Shown: positions 1-10,408 of the stretch, piece by piece
Numbering within the stretch: position 1 is the stretch's first letter
Layout of the letters: the number at the start of each line of letters is the position of its first letter
Source: a bacterium
Lineage (GTDB): Bacteria; Zhuqueibacterota; Zhuqueibacteria; Residuimicrobiales; Krinioviventaceae
DNA: 64,000 nt
Reading direction: 5' to 3'
Assembly: GCA_963693055.1 (NCBI GenBank)
Contig: OY843751.1
Location: forward strand, 5,696,001 to 5,760,000
Notes under the pieces: model-generated
The model's database searches: none
Told to the model about the DNA's origin: nothing
The model's input: only the letters and a program-made list of their open reading frames with translations
Program-made: the position numbers and the translations under genes

Positions 1-2728
1 CGCCGCTGCCTATCTCAAACACGCGATATTCATCATCTTTACCAACAAATGTAACTCCTTTGACGGTATCTGCAGGCTTTCCGCTTTCAAAGATGGTTGA
101 TCCCGCTTCTGCCGGTATATAAACTTCGGCAGTTGCACCAAAAGGTACCCGTACATGGTGACGATAGCCCTTTTCAGTAATATGCCATTCCGATTCCACC
201 AATCCCCGTAAAGTCCGTGTAGAGGCTTGTACATAATCCAACCCCTCTGCAAGATAGGGTTTTATAACAAAGCGCTCATACGCGGGAAATTCTTCATCCA
301 GTTGAATGCCCGCAAGGAATTTGTAAAACCAGGCATCTATGCTGCCCATCATAACATGATTATGGGATTGCTTGAGCGTCCAGAATTCACACATGGTGTT
401 ATATTTTTGCATCATCTCTGCCCAACTTGGATAAGTAGTCTGAGTGATCAATTTATACGCAACATCAAAACGATTAAATTCCGCAAGCGCATCAAACATA
501 TATTTTGTACCCAACACACCGGTTGTAAGGTGAACATTGTTCTTTTCAACAATATCCGAGACCAGATTATTTAGGACCTGTTGCTGGTTCTGTTCAGGCA
601 CTATTCCCAGCAACAATGGAAAGGAATTTGCCATTTGGCTGCCATCATTGTAATTGCCGGTTTTTGGATCAAAATAAGCATTGTTGTAGGCTTTTTTGAT
701 TTGATCGGCCAGATCATCGAACCACTGTGCGTCCGCGTCTTTGCCAAGGATTGCCGCGGTTTTGGACAGTATCACTGCATTCAAATAATAAAACGCAGTG
801 GGTACAGATTCCGGTTCCCCTTCATGCCAACCTTCTACCATACTGCCCCAGTCACCAATCCAGCCCATTGGCGCAATATAGTCAGTAGATATGGTATCCA
901 GAAATTGCATATAACGGACCATAGCATCGTAATGCTCTGCCAGGATGCGCGAATCTCCATAATAGCGATAATATTGCCACAACATTAAAATATAGGTACT
1001 GCTCCACTCTATGCCTTCATCCCAAATATAGGGCCGCGGAGAGATAATGGGAATGTCACCCGTTTTTTCATTCTGGTTACCACGTATACCACTAAACCAG
1101 TTATCAAAATACAATGTCATATCATAATTAAACATGGCTTCTTCTGCAGTGACCTGGGCATCGCCAAACCAACCGAGCCGTTCATCGCGTTGGGGACAGT
1201 CCATAGGATACCCGATCATATTACTGCGCTGAGACCACACTGTTGCGTTATGGATCTTGTTGATGAGCTCGTTACTGCACTCGAATGAACCAGCGAGCTC
1301 ATTGTCCGTGTGCACAACTTGTCCCAAAACCGATTCGATTTCAGGGAGCCTGGGTTCTGCCGTTATCTCTACAAATTGAAATCCAAAATAAGAGAACCGG
1401 GTTTCATAAACCTCTTTGGCGCCACCCTTGAGCGTATAATAGGCAACCGCATCGGCATGCTCGTTACTGGTTATATTTAATGTGCTGTCATCATAAACTT
1501 CTTCTGCAAAACGGATTTGGATGGTTGTGCCTTTTTCGCCTTTTAACGCAACTTTTGCCCAGCCGGTAAAATTCTGTCCCATATCATACATCATTACGCC
1601 GGGTTCAACCTCCCAGCTTTTGACAGGTTGCCGGGATTCCACAACACGCATGGGAGGCATGCGGTGAGACAGTAATTTTCCACCCGGCTCTTCAACCCGG
1701 TTAACAGATTGCCACGCAGAGTCATCAAATCCGGTTTCGGCCCAGCCGGGTTGCTCCAAAGTGGCATCGTAACGCTCACCATCATAGATACAGTTAAAAG
1801 TAATGGGGCCCGGTGCGGTCTTCCAGTTTTTATCGGTAATAAAGACTTTTTCTGATCCATCAGTAAATTGAATGTGCATTTGCAGCAGCGCGCGTTTAGC
1901 ACCAAACCACTGCATACGGTAATCTTGCCACCATTCTTTATAGGGATTAAACCAGCCGTTACCCAGGTGCATACCCACAGCATTATCGCCTTTTTTCAGC
2001 ATATCGGTAACATCATAGGTATCGTACAGCACTTGTTTACGGTAATTGGTTTTAGCCGGTGCCATAACCCGGTCTCCTACCCGGTCACCATTGATATATA
2101 ATTCATAAAATCCGAGACCAGTTACAAAAACTCTGGCAGATTCGATTGCTTTATCACATGTTAACTCGTTACGCATCAGAACCGAGCGACCGTTGTGAAT
2201 GACCGTATCCTCAAGCGTATACTGTTCATCCCGGTGCATAAAAAATCCCTTTTCGGTGCGCGGCTCGGTTTCCGGCCCTGCGCCTATCCATTGAGCGGAC
2301 CAGTCCGATTCATCCAGTAATGTTGTTGTAAATGTAGCAATATCGCTGGTTACAGCCTTGCCGTCTTTGTCCCAAACCGTCACCTGCCAGTAATAGGTTG
2401 TATTGCTTTTGAGCGCTTTACCGGCATAGACATGATGCAGTGTTTGGGAGGATTCGAGCTTGCCGGTATCCCACAGATCGGGATTGCCGGACTTTATCAG
2501 ATCCTCAGATGTTGCCATTTGGAGTTGATAGGCGGATTGGGTTTGCCCACGTTCAGTGGTTTCCATCACCCACGAAAATCGGGGCTGTTTCAGATCCATA
2601 TCAATAGGAGATTCCGCATACTCGCACAACAGCCGGTCAAATTGTAATGTCTTGACCTGACCGCAATGGATATTCAAAAATAATACAATGATGCTGGAAA
2701 TTACAACAAAAATGGATTTCAATTTCAT
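1..2728 (-). CDS. Alpha-L-rhamnosidase, GH78 family (3' end runs off the window)
   Basis: Missing from the ORF track because it is open at the left edge. Manual translation of segments from ATG 2728: MKLKSIFVVISS...LLCEYAESPIDMDLKQPRFSW...WDTGK...YYWQVTVWD, and the GH78 motif YPMDCPQRDERLGWFGDAQ near 1160-1215. Confidence 0.9.
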   Translation of the reverse strand, partial: MKLKSIFVVISSIIVLFLNIHCGQVKTLQFDRLLCEYAESPIDMDLKQPRFSWVMETTERGQTQSAYQLQMATSEDLIKSGNPDLWDTGKLESSQTLHHVYAGKALKSNTTYYWQVTVWDKDGKAVTSDIATFTTTLLDESDWSAQWIGAGPETEPRTEKGFFMHRDEQYTLEDTVIHNGRSVLMRNELTCDKAIESARVFVTGLGFYELYINGDRVGDRVMAPAKTNYRKQVLYDTYDVTDMLKKGDNAVGMHLGNGWFNPYKEWWQDYRMQWFGAKRALLQMHIQFTDGSEKVFITDKNWKTAPGPITFNCIYDGERYDATLEQPGWAETGFDDSAWQSVNRVEEPGGKLLSHRMPPMRVVESRQPVKSWEVEPGVMMYDMGQNFTGWAKVALKGEKGTTIQIRFAEEVYDDSTLNITSNEHADAVAYYTLKGGAKEVYETRFSYFGFQFVEITAEPRLPEIESVLGQVVHTDNELAGSFECSNELINKIHNATVWSQRSNMIGYPMDCPQRDERLGWFGDAQVTAEEAMFNYDMTLYFDNWFSGIRGNQNEKTGDIPIISPRPYIWDEGIEWSSTYILMLWQYYRYYGDSRILAEHYDAMVRYMQFLDTISTDYIAPMGWIGDWGSMVEGWHEGEPESVPTAFYYLNAVILSKTAAILGKDADAQWFDDLADQIKKAYNNAYFDPKTGNYNDGSQMANSFPLLLGIVPEQNQQQVLNNLVSDIVEKNNVHLTTGVLGTKYMFDALAEFNRFDVAYKLITQTTYPSWAEMMQKYNTMCEFWTLKQSHNHVMMGSIDAWFYKFLAGIQLDEEFPAYERFVIKPYLAEGLDYVQASTRTLRGLVESEWHITEKGYRHHVRVPFGATAEVYIPAEAGSTIFESGKPADTVKGVTFVGKDDEYRVFEIGSG

Positions 2729-2997
2729 ACCACTGCCTCTGAATATTTTATATAAGGGATTTCATAATGATATGCAAGAATTTCTAAAAATTCAACCAAA
2801 AACATTTAAATTTTAATCGTCATTTGCAGCTAATGGAAATATTTTGTTCAAGAATTCATGTTTAATAATTCGACAATGCTAACATAATATCAGGAATACA
2901 TTGATTATTACAAAAAACTAGATAAATTAGGTCAATTGATTCTTAATCACTTTGATCTACCTTGAAAATTGTTATACATACTACAAAGCAGTCCATT

Positions 2998-4404
2998 ATG
3001 AAAATGAATTTTAAAATTCTTCTCCTCAAAACAGTCTTGATAATGTTTATCTCTCTTTTCTTTTCCCAAGCCAGCATGTCCCAAACAACCACGAAAAAAG
3101 TAACGCAAGACTCTGTTCAAACAATTCAGGATATCTATTTACATACACGGGGCTTACAATACGATAAAAAAGACGGCGACGAAACATTTAGAAAAATTGC
3201 AAATAGTGCATTGTTTCTTCCCCGAATATGCATTGATGGATTACTGTATTCATTCGGAAGCGGTGCAAACTATGTTGAAGAATCGAATATTATTTTAAGA
3301 GCAGAAAATTTTCTCTATTTCTACAATAAAACGCTGGGTTGGTATCCCAAAATAAAATATTCATCAGATTACAAGCTGGCAGTGGGCGCGGCTGTTTTCT
3401 ACAAGCATTCCAACATGAAATACAGTATTGGTGCCTATTATGCAAACCGGAATTATTGGGATGCAAAAATCAGCTCTGTATATATTTTTCGCAACAACGG
3501 CGTCCTCTATAATATCAATCTTTCAGGACAAACCGGTGCGATTGAAGAAATGAAATTCTATGGCTATGGACACAATCCTTTACAGGATTCCCGTAATGCA
3601 ATTCTAAACCCCAATAAAAAATATGGCACTTTTAATCAGGAACGTTCAAAAATTCAACTGGTAACCGGCGCCCAAATCTCGTCACTATGGGAGTTCTTTT
3701 ATACAGCGTTCTATTCAAAACGTAAATTATTAATTCCTGATCCAAACAAAACAAATACTCTTGTGAATGTTTTTGATCTGGAAACACTACCTGGCATCAT
3801 TAATCAATCCAATCTTGAAACCGAGCAACTGTACAATGAATTCTCGTGCCGGTTCGATACCCGCTCGAACGTTAAAGAGTTATCACCCGGTATAAGACTA
3901 GAGGGGTATTGGGGATACGCAACGGGCATGAACATGGATAAAAGCCAATTCATAAGGACCGGGTTTGATGCCGCGTTTTACATACCCGTTATTCTGCGAA
4001 ATCGATTGATTGTACCTCGTATTCTGTTCGACAGCGTTCATAATCAAAACGAAAATTTTGCAATTCCCTTTACCGAATACATGCGCCAACCAGCTTTTCG
4101 AGGTGTATCAAGCCGACATCTGCTTAGAACAGACAATTATTCCATGGTCACGTCTTTGGAATATCAATGGCCGCTCACACAGCATTTTCGCGGACATATC
4201 TTTTATGATATGCTGCTTGTATCGCAGGAATTGAAAAGCTTGACTCTGCATCAAAATCCCTATGCAATAGGTATCGGTTTTGACTTGAACCAGTCACACA
4301 GTGAAATTTCAAGAGTATCATTAACTACCGGTAGTGAAGGATTTAGATTCATCCTGACAATGGGATTATCTGAAACCAATAGTTATAGAAGTAATTGGAA
4401 ATAA
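2998..4404 (+). CDS. Omp85/BamA-TamA-like outer-membrane beta-barrel protein, no evident POTRA repeats
   Basis: Signal peptide, amphipathic beta strands, 'RFDTRSN...PGIRLEG' and lid-like 'FRGVSSRHLLRTDN...SLEYQWPL'. Start inferred at ATG 2998. Confidence 0.65.
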   Translation: MKMNFKILLLKTVLIMFISLFFSQASMSQTTTKKVTQDSVQTIQDIYLHTRGLQYDKKDGDETFRKIANSALFLPRICIDGLLYSFGSGANYVEESNIILRAENFLYFYNKTLGWYPKIKYSSDYKLAVGAAVFYKHSNMKYSIGAYYANRNYWDAKISSVYIFRNNGVLYNINLSGQTGAIEEMKFYGYGHNPLQDSRNAILNPNKKYGTFNQERSKIQLVTGAQISSLWEFFYTAFYSKRKLLIPDPNKTNTLVNVFDLETLPGIINQSNLETEQLYNEFSCRFDTRSNVKELSPGIRLEGYWGYATGMNMDKSQFIRTGFDAAFYIPVILRNRLIVPRILFDSVHNQNENFAIPFTEYMRQPAFRGVSSRHLLRTDNYSMVTSLEYQWPLTQHFRGHIFYDMLLVSQELKSLTLHQNPYAIGIGFDLNQSHSEISRVSLTTGSEGFRFILTMGLSETNSYRSNWK

Positions 4405-4408
4405 TACA

Positions 4409-6049
4409 ATGATAAAAATAAACAGACCCGGACAATCCCATAAACACACATTGAAATCCATACTCTTTTTCGGATTTTTAATATACATCCTTTCTCTCGG
4501 TTGTTCCTCCCGACTTGGCAAATTTAAAGATGCACCTTTAATAACAACCGCAAACGATAAAAAACCGGTGCCTGTACCCAAATCCAGCAATTATGAAAAA
4601 TTATTCTATACCTATGATGTGCTGTTTAGAAATCCTATGGTCAACACATTGGATGTTTCAAAAATACCTCCCGCAATGGATGTTAACGCGGTGGATAATG
4701 TTATCACCTCCAGTTGGTACACACCGCGCCTGGGATTCAGAGACATATCCTCAAAAGAATTGTTACACGGTTTGGAAGAAATTGGGCCGCCCCAAAAGCC
4801 CTTTTATGTGAGTAAAGCCAAAAAAGGTGGTGGAAATCCGGGGTTCATCATCAAAGACAGCAGGGGTAAATCATATCTGCTGAAATTTGATCCCCCGGAA
4901 TTCCCAGGTATTGAAACCACAACGGATCTGATTGTGAGCCGCCTGTTTTGGGGATTTGGATATAATGTTCCCGAAGATTATTTGATCTATTTCAACAAGA
5001 ATGATTTGTTAATAGATGATAAAAGTGAACTTTCAATAAACGATTTAACAGACGTATTACACCAGGTTGCCGAACCCATAGACAATGTGTATCGCGCGAC
5101 TGCCAGCCTGTGGTTGCAGGGCATTTTTCTGGGCCCCATACCGGCAAAAGGGATCCGAAAAGACGATTTGAACGATCGCATCCCGCATGAAAACCTTCGC
5201 ATCCTTAGAGCATTAAAAGTCTTTTGTTCATTTGTGAACCATAGCGACATTCGAATTGACAACAGTGCAGATATCTATACCGGAGAACCCGGTAAAGGTC
5301 ATGTTGAACATTACCTACTGGATTTTGGAGAAGCCTTTGGCGGACATGGTGCGGAGCATGATTACAAATGGGATGGGTTTGAACATTATTTCAGTTACAG
5401 TTCTGCCTTTAACAATTTTATAGCAGCAGGATTAAAAATACATAATTGGGAGAAACTGGAATATACTCCCTGGAAATCTGTGGGTGCCTTTGAGGCAGAC
5501 AAATTTAATCCCGGTGAGTGGAAAGAAGTATACCCCTACCTGCCAATTCGATCCAGTCAACCCGCGGATGATTACTGGGCGGCAAAAATTCTGGCCGCTT
5601 TAACTGATGAGCATATTACCGCGTTGGTCAAAGCCGCTGATTATCCCGAACCGGACGCAGAAGCCTATATGATCAAAACCCTGATCCAACGCAGGGACAA
5701 GGCATTGACATATTTTATGAGCGAGGTAACGCCTATAGAATTTGAATCTGGAAATGAGAGCGAACTGGCCTTTGTTGATAATGAAAATTTACTGTTAGAC
5801 CGTGACAGTGATAAAATAGATTATCAAATAGAGTTGTTAAATCCGCAGGGCGAAAAGATCAAATCGCTTACCTGGCGTAAAACAGACGACAAGCGCATAG
5901 TCATCTCACTTGACAAGGACATAAACGCAAACCGTTATTCAATCGTCCGGATTGCGAAAGTAAAAAACTCTCATATTGCACCCTCTGCCGCAGAGTTTCA
6001 TTTTGTTGTAAACAATAATATAATCAACCTGGTGGGTGTAGTACATTAA
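4409..6049 (+). CDS. Lipoprotein with atypical (HipA/PI4K-like) kinase fold
   Basis: Lipobox LSLGC; Gly-rich KKGGGNPGF; YLLKFD; ETTTD...GYNVP; NHSDIRIDN; LLDFGEAFG. Starts 4 nt after the Omp85 gene. Confidence 0.6.
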   Translation: MIKINRPGQSHKHTLKSILFFGFLIYILSLGCSSRLGKFKDAPLITTANDKKPVPVPKSSNYEKLFYTYDVLFRNPMVNTLDVSKIPPAMDVNAVDNVITSSWYTPRLGFRDISSKELLHGLEEIGPPQKPFYVSKAKKGGGNPGFIIKDSRGKSYLLKFDPPEFPGIETTTDLIVSRLFWGFGYNVPEDYLIYFNKNDLLIDDKSELSINDLTDVLHQVAEPIDNVYRATASLWLQGIFLGPIPAKGIRKDDLNDRIPHENLRILRALKVFCSFVNHSDIRIDNSADIYTGEPGKGHVEHYLLDFGEAFGGHGAEHDYKWDGFEHYFSYSSAFNNFIAAGLKIHNWEKLEYTPWKSVGAFEADKFNPGEWKEVYPYLPIRSSQPADDYWAAKILAALTDEHITALVKAADYPEPDAEAYMIKTLIQRRDKALTYFMSEVTPIEFESGNESELAFVDNENLLLDRDSDKIDYQIELLNPQGEKIKSLTWRKTDDKRIVISLDKDINANRYSIVRIAKVKNSHIAPSAAEFHFVVNNNIINLVGVVH

Positions 6050-6228
6050 ATCCCTGCTGAAATCCTAAAAATAACAAAATGATCAACAACTCTTCGATTC
6101 CAGTCAAAGATCGCCCACGAAACACACGAATAAACACAAAATCTTCTCCGTCCCAAATTCCGCAGACTGTGTGAAAATGAATCATATTAATAAAATATAG
6201 CGTTTTTTTGAAATTTACTATAAATAAG

Positions 6229-6404
6229 GTGGAGTGCATTACTTTTAAGGAATGTGGGCCGTCGAAGACGGCCTTGACAAGATTGTATATTTATAAAAAT
6301 ATTGAACTTATAATGACACTGAAATTACTTGATATTTGAGAATAAAAGCAGTTTTTTTTCGGACCTTTGGTCCGACGCTTCGCATAAACGCGATGCACTC
6401 CAAA
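6229..6404. repeat. 176-bp palindromic REPIN/MITE-like element, copy A
   Basis: Ends GGAGTGCAT...ATGCACTCC; internal hairpins GGCCGTCGAAGACGGCC and GGACCTTTGGTCC. Colinear reverse-complement homolog at 22858-24374. Confidence 0.7.
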
Positions 6405-6848
6405 AACACTATTTTTTCAAATTTTCACACAGTCTATCCGATTTGGGACGGAACGATGGTGCGAAGCTCTGCTTTGCAAAAATTTATAAATTAATTATTT
6501 GTATTTTACACAGTTATCTCCAAGCACAGCTTGGAGCCAACTTTCCTTCCCAAATAAAATTTGGTTAGGAGATTATATGGTTTTTCAACTGTCACCTGAA
6601 GGATACATTTTAGCATACAGTAACATTTCGAGTTACCTCCGGGAGGGGTGTCCAAATTTTGTGCTTCGTGGGCAAAACCCCAACCAAGGGCATCTATTTC
6701 AGTAGATATAAAATCAGATTCCCCATACCCAAAAATATTAACTCTAAATTATACATGAATAAATCAAAAACTCCAAATTTCTGATATATCATATGATGGA
6801 TTGGAGTAAAAAAGAGCACATCCCCTTTTAATTGCCAGACATCAGGAA

Positions 6849-7247
6849 TTACATCAGCCTTTCTTTAAATTCCTCCGGCACTTTGGTGACCTTGCCGCTT
6901 GCATCAGCGAATCCAAAGCTTACAGTTGCCAGGGCCACTAGCTGACCGGTCGATTTATTATTGACCTCATACTCGAGGGTAAAGCCCACCCGGCGCCATT
7001 CAGTAAACTCGGCTATCAGTTCTATTTCATTATCCACAAAACAGGGGGACTTGTATTGAATATCCACCCGTGTAACAAAGGGTGTTACACCCCAATCGTG
7101 AAATTTCTGAAAAGAAAGTCCTGCCTGGTTCATATATTGGCAGCGTGCGTATTCAAGGTATTGCAAATAGACAGCATTATTGACATGTCCAAACGAGTCC
7201 AGTTCGTAACTGCGGACCACAAGCGTAGCGATATATTTCTTTGACAT
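6849..7247 (-). CDS. Acyl-CoA thioesterase (YbgC/4HBT family)
   Basis: VRSYELDSFGHVNNAVYLQYLEYAR hot-dog-fold motif. Confidence 0.9.
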   Translation of the reverse strand: MSKKYIATLVVRSYELDSFGHVNNAVYLQYLEYARCQYMNQAGLSFQKFHDWGVTPFVTRVDIQYKSPCFVDNEIELIAEFTEWRRVGFTLEYEVNNKSTGQLVALATVSFGFADASGKVTKVPEEFKERLM

Positions 7248-7354
7248 TGATATTTCCTGTATGTTCTTGTAAACCTCCGGTAGGTCAAGACCGACCGGAG
7301 TGGATTGTTCAATCGTCCCGAGGGGCTAATAGCCCTCGGAACGTTAATAAAAAA

Positions 7355-9289
7355 TTATAAAATTCTTCTGACCTGAACGGTCTCGGTAATGTGCTTCATG
7401 ATCTCAAATACCTGGTGCGACACATTCCGGTCCACATCCACAATCAAGTAACCGATGGAATCCCGAGTTTGCAATATCTGTCCCTCAACATTGATGTTGC
7501 GACGAGCAAACACGCTGTTGATCTTGGCAAGTACACCCGGCACATTCTTGTGAATGTGCAAAATGCGGTGGGTGTTTTCCACCCGGGGCAGCTCTACCTC
7601 GGGAAAATTGACTGACCCCATTGTGGACCCGGTTTTAACATAACTGATCATTTTCTCGCTTACATAACGAGCAATATTTTCTTGTGCTTCCAAAGTACTG
7701 CCGCCAATATGCGGAGTTAGAATAACATTGGGCATGCCCTGCAATGGCGACTGGAACGGTTCATCGGTACTTGCCGGTTCTGACGGAAACACATCCACTG
7801 CCGCACCGGCAATATGGCCATATTCCAACAACTTGTGCAGCGGCTCAATATCCACAACCCGTCCACGACTGGCATTGATCAGATAACTGCCGCGCTTCAT
7901 ACGCACCAGTTCTTTTTCTCCAATCAAACCACGTGTATCAAGAGTATCCGGTACATGCAGGGTAACCACATCAGAGCGTTCGAGCAGGTCGTAAAGGTCA
8001 TTTACTTTTTGCGCATTACCCAGGGGGAGTTTATCGACAATGTCATGGAACAGTACGGTCATTCCCAGATTTTCCAGCATGATGGAAACCTGCGAGCCAA
8101 TGTGTCCATACCCCACAATACCCACGGTTTTGCCACGGATCTCGCTGCAGCCCTCGGCCTGTTTCAACCATTGACCGGAATGTGCGGCCGCGCTCTTTTC
8201 AAAAGTACGCCGCATCAGCATAATGGTTTCTCCAACCACCAGCTCGGCAACTGAGCGGGTATTGCTGTACGGTGCGTTAAAAACCGGTATTCCTAATGCG
8301 GTTGCGGTTTCAAGATCGATCTGGTTGGTGCCAATACAAAAAGCACCAATCACCCACAAGTCTTTTAAATGGTTCAACACGTTGGCGGTAAGTTTGGTTT
8401 TTGAACGGATTCCCATTACATTGGCATGCAGGGCTTTATCAATCAGCTCTTGTTCACTCCATGCCGGTTGATAACTCGCCACATTGTATTGGGCGCTGTT
8501 TAACCGTTCAATGGCAATATTGTGTACATTCTCGAGGAGAAATACATTTGGGGTATGTAAATCTTCATCACTAAAACCGGCATCTTTGGCTTGCGGCTGA
8601 TATTCTTCTGTAGAGCTGAGAAGCGGCAGCAACTGATCAAAATTATCAATGGTAAAATCCGCCTGCAAACGAATGTCTTCACGATCAATTGTACCCGCGT
8701 AATAGACAAACATTTCCGCAATACCGTTTTTCTTGACAGCAAGATCGGTAACTCCATCTCCAATAATTGCGGTAGGGCCCGTCAACCGTTCCTGACTTTT
8801 CAATTGCTCTGAAACATAAACTTTTCCCAGGGTCATACATAGTGGACCGTCTTCCTGTATACCGAGAATAGTGCCATCATCATTTGTTTGCAGATGTGTT
8901 GTAAATACATTTTCACGGACTATGCCAAGTGCATCCGTAACAGGCAGCACAACAGGTTCGGGACTGGTACTGTAGACAAAAATGTTCTTGTCCCGTGCGC
9001 GCAAAGCATCGAGCGCTTCTTTGATCTTGGGATTTATGGTATTCACAATTGCTTTGGAAACAGCCTCAACATCCTCTGCTTCTAGCTGTGTCAGCGCATA
9101 GCGGCCGCTCATGGCTTTTGTGAGGGGAATTTCACCATTGGTGCATTGCCGGGTCAGGATTTGCATCTGTTCCAGTTTTTCCGTTTTTTCTTTTTCGGGC
9201 AATCTGCTCAAAGCATGCGCAATTAACAGTTCATTGCCTTCGGCATTAATGAGAGTACTGTCAAAATCAAATATAATATTATGAATCAT
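7355..9289 (-). CDS. serA: D-3-phosphoglycerate dehydrogenase with N-terminal HAD (phosphoserine phosphatase-like) domain and C-terminal ACT domain
   Basis: HAD motifs DFDSTL and GDGVTD; PGDH motifs GIVGYGHIG, INASRG, LTPHIGGST; ACT motif HKNVPGVL. Confidence 0.9.
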   Translation of the reverse strand: MIHNIIFDFDSTLINAEGNELLIAHALSRLPEKEKTEKLEQMQILTRQCTNGEIPLTKAMSGRYALTQLEAEDVEAVSKAIVNTINPKIKEALDALRARDKNIFVYSTSPEPVVLPVTDALGIVRENVFTTHLQTNDDGTILGIQEDGPLCMTLGKVYVSEQLKSQERLTGPTAIIGDGVTDLAVKKNGIAEMFVYYAGTIDREDIRLQADFTIDNFDQLLPLLSSTEEYQPQAKDAGFSDEDLHTPNVFLLENVHNIAIERLNSAQYNVASYQPAWSEQELIDKALHANVMGIRSKTKLTANVLNHLKDLWVIGAFCIGTNQIDLETATALGIPVFNAPYSNTRSVAELVVGETIMLMRRTFEKSAAAHSGQWLKQAEGCSEIRGKTVGIVGYGHIGSQVSIMLENLGMTVLFHDIVDKLPLGNAQKVNDLYDLLERSDVVTLHVPDTLDTRGLIGEKELVRMKRGSYLINASRGRVVDIEPLHKLLEYGHIAGAAVDVFPSEPASTDEPFQSPLQGMPNVILTPHIGGSTLEAQENIARYVSEKMISYVKTGSTMGSVNFPEVELPRVENTHRILHIHKNVPGVLAKINSVFARRNINVEGQILQTRDSIGYLIVDVDRNVSHQVFEIMKHITETVQVRRIL

Positions 9290-10157
9290 TACTGTCCTCT
9301 GTTGACTTTTTGGGGATCACGCCCTGAAGCGCCTGCTTAACCATTTCTTTGGTCTCATCTGAAAATTCACCGTTAATCATCCAGTTCAGGTAATGGGTTT
9401 CATTATTCGACAACCATAAAAGTGTTTTACCCTTGTGTTTTCCGAATGCAATCACAGGCTCACCATGACGCCAGTAAAACCTTCGGTCAGGTGTCACCCA
9501 GCGATCATCATTTAAATTACAAAAAGAACCGAGCTTGCTCATATCTTTGGGCAATTCGGCATATTTGTACAATTGTGCGTTGAACACATCCAAAGTTACA
9601 CGCACATCGCCCATGGCATCGTGCGCGTCTTCATGATCGCCTCCGCAGTAATAGCGATATGCTGCGGAAAGGGTACGCGGCTCCATTTTGTGAAAGATGG
9701 TTTGCGCGTCAACAATACGAATTTTTTCAAGGTCCAATGCCTGACCATGACGGTCCAGCTCTTTTTGTAAAAAGGGTACATCAAAACGAATGATGTTAAA
9801 GCCGGACAGATCACAATCCTCCAGATAGTCTTTAACCAGCGGCGCAAAATGCGCAAAGTCGGGTTTGTCTTTTACGGTCTCATCGGTAATCTTGTGCACC
9901 GCTGAAGATTCAGCAGGGATTTGGATGCGTGGATTTACCAGCTCCTGCCACTCGTCCTGAGTGCGGTCCGGATTCACTTTCAAAAACGCAAACTGTACAA
10001 TGCGGTCAATATCCTGATCCAGTCCGGTGGTTTCCAGATCAAAAAACACCAGGGGACGTTCCAAATTCAATCCATCCAGCAATACAGATTCGGGGCCTGT
10101 ACCTGAATCTTGACTTTTTTCAGGATTTTCAAAATTAAATGTTGCCTGTTCAGTCAT
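9279..10157 (-). CDS. DEDDh 3'-5' exonuclease (DnaQ/Pol III epsilon-like)
   Basis: FFDLETTG, FNIIRFD, HDAMGD motifs; C-terminal FGKHKG. Confidence 0.88.
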   Translation of the reverse strand: MTEQATFNFENPEKSQDSGTGPESVLLDGLNLERPLVFFDLETTGLDQDIDRIVQFAFLKVNPDRTQDEWQELVNPRIQIPAESSAVHKITDETVKDKPDFAHFAPLVKDYLEDCDLSGFNIIRFDVPFLQKELDRHGQALDLEKIRIVDAQTIFHKMEPRTLSAAYRYYCGGDHEDAHDAMGDVRVTLDVFNAQLYKYAELPKDMSKLGSFCNLNDDRWVTPDRRFYWRHGEPVIAFGKHKGKTLLWLSNNETHYLNWMINGEFSDETKEMVKQALQGVIPKKSTEDSNDS

Positions 10158-10359
10158 AATATCTTTCTATTTTTATTTTTTAACAGTTTACAAAATACAT
10201 GTCAAACCTGCAAATAGAAATTTACTTTTATTGTTACCAGCAGTTCTCGTCCTGGCAATTTGGTCATTTTGACCCACTGGTTACCAATTGTACTAAACTC
10301 ACTTTTACAAGCAACTAAAGTAAACCAGAAAAAACAACAACTTGCAACAAAAACTTTCA

Positions 10360-10375
10360 TGGCAGACTTTTTGCT
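10360..10375 (+). promoter_or_regulatory. Sigma54 (-24/-12) promoter upstream of the curlin-like gene
   Basis: TGGCAGACTTTTTGCT has exact GG-N10-GC spacing. Palindrome GGTCATTTTGACC at 10262-10274 is a candidate activator site. Confidence 0.7.
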
Positions 10376-10408
10376 AATATAGCAGCAACAAAACAGAAAG
10401 AACTTATT

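Noticed and set aside
10-2647. Short ORFs in the track (e.g. 227-574, 581-988, 1594-1983)
   Set aside because: Antisense or off-frame shadows of the GH78 gene. The same applies to most short ORFs nested in long genes across the window.
6329-6705. Small ORFs between the kinase and thioesterase genes
   Set aside because: One overlaps the palindromic repeat and neither has recognisable motifs.
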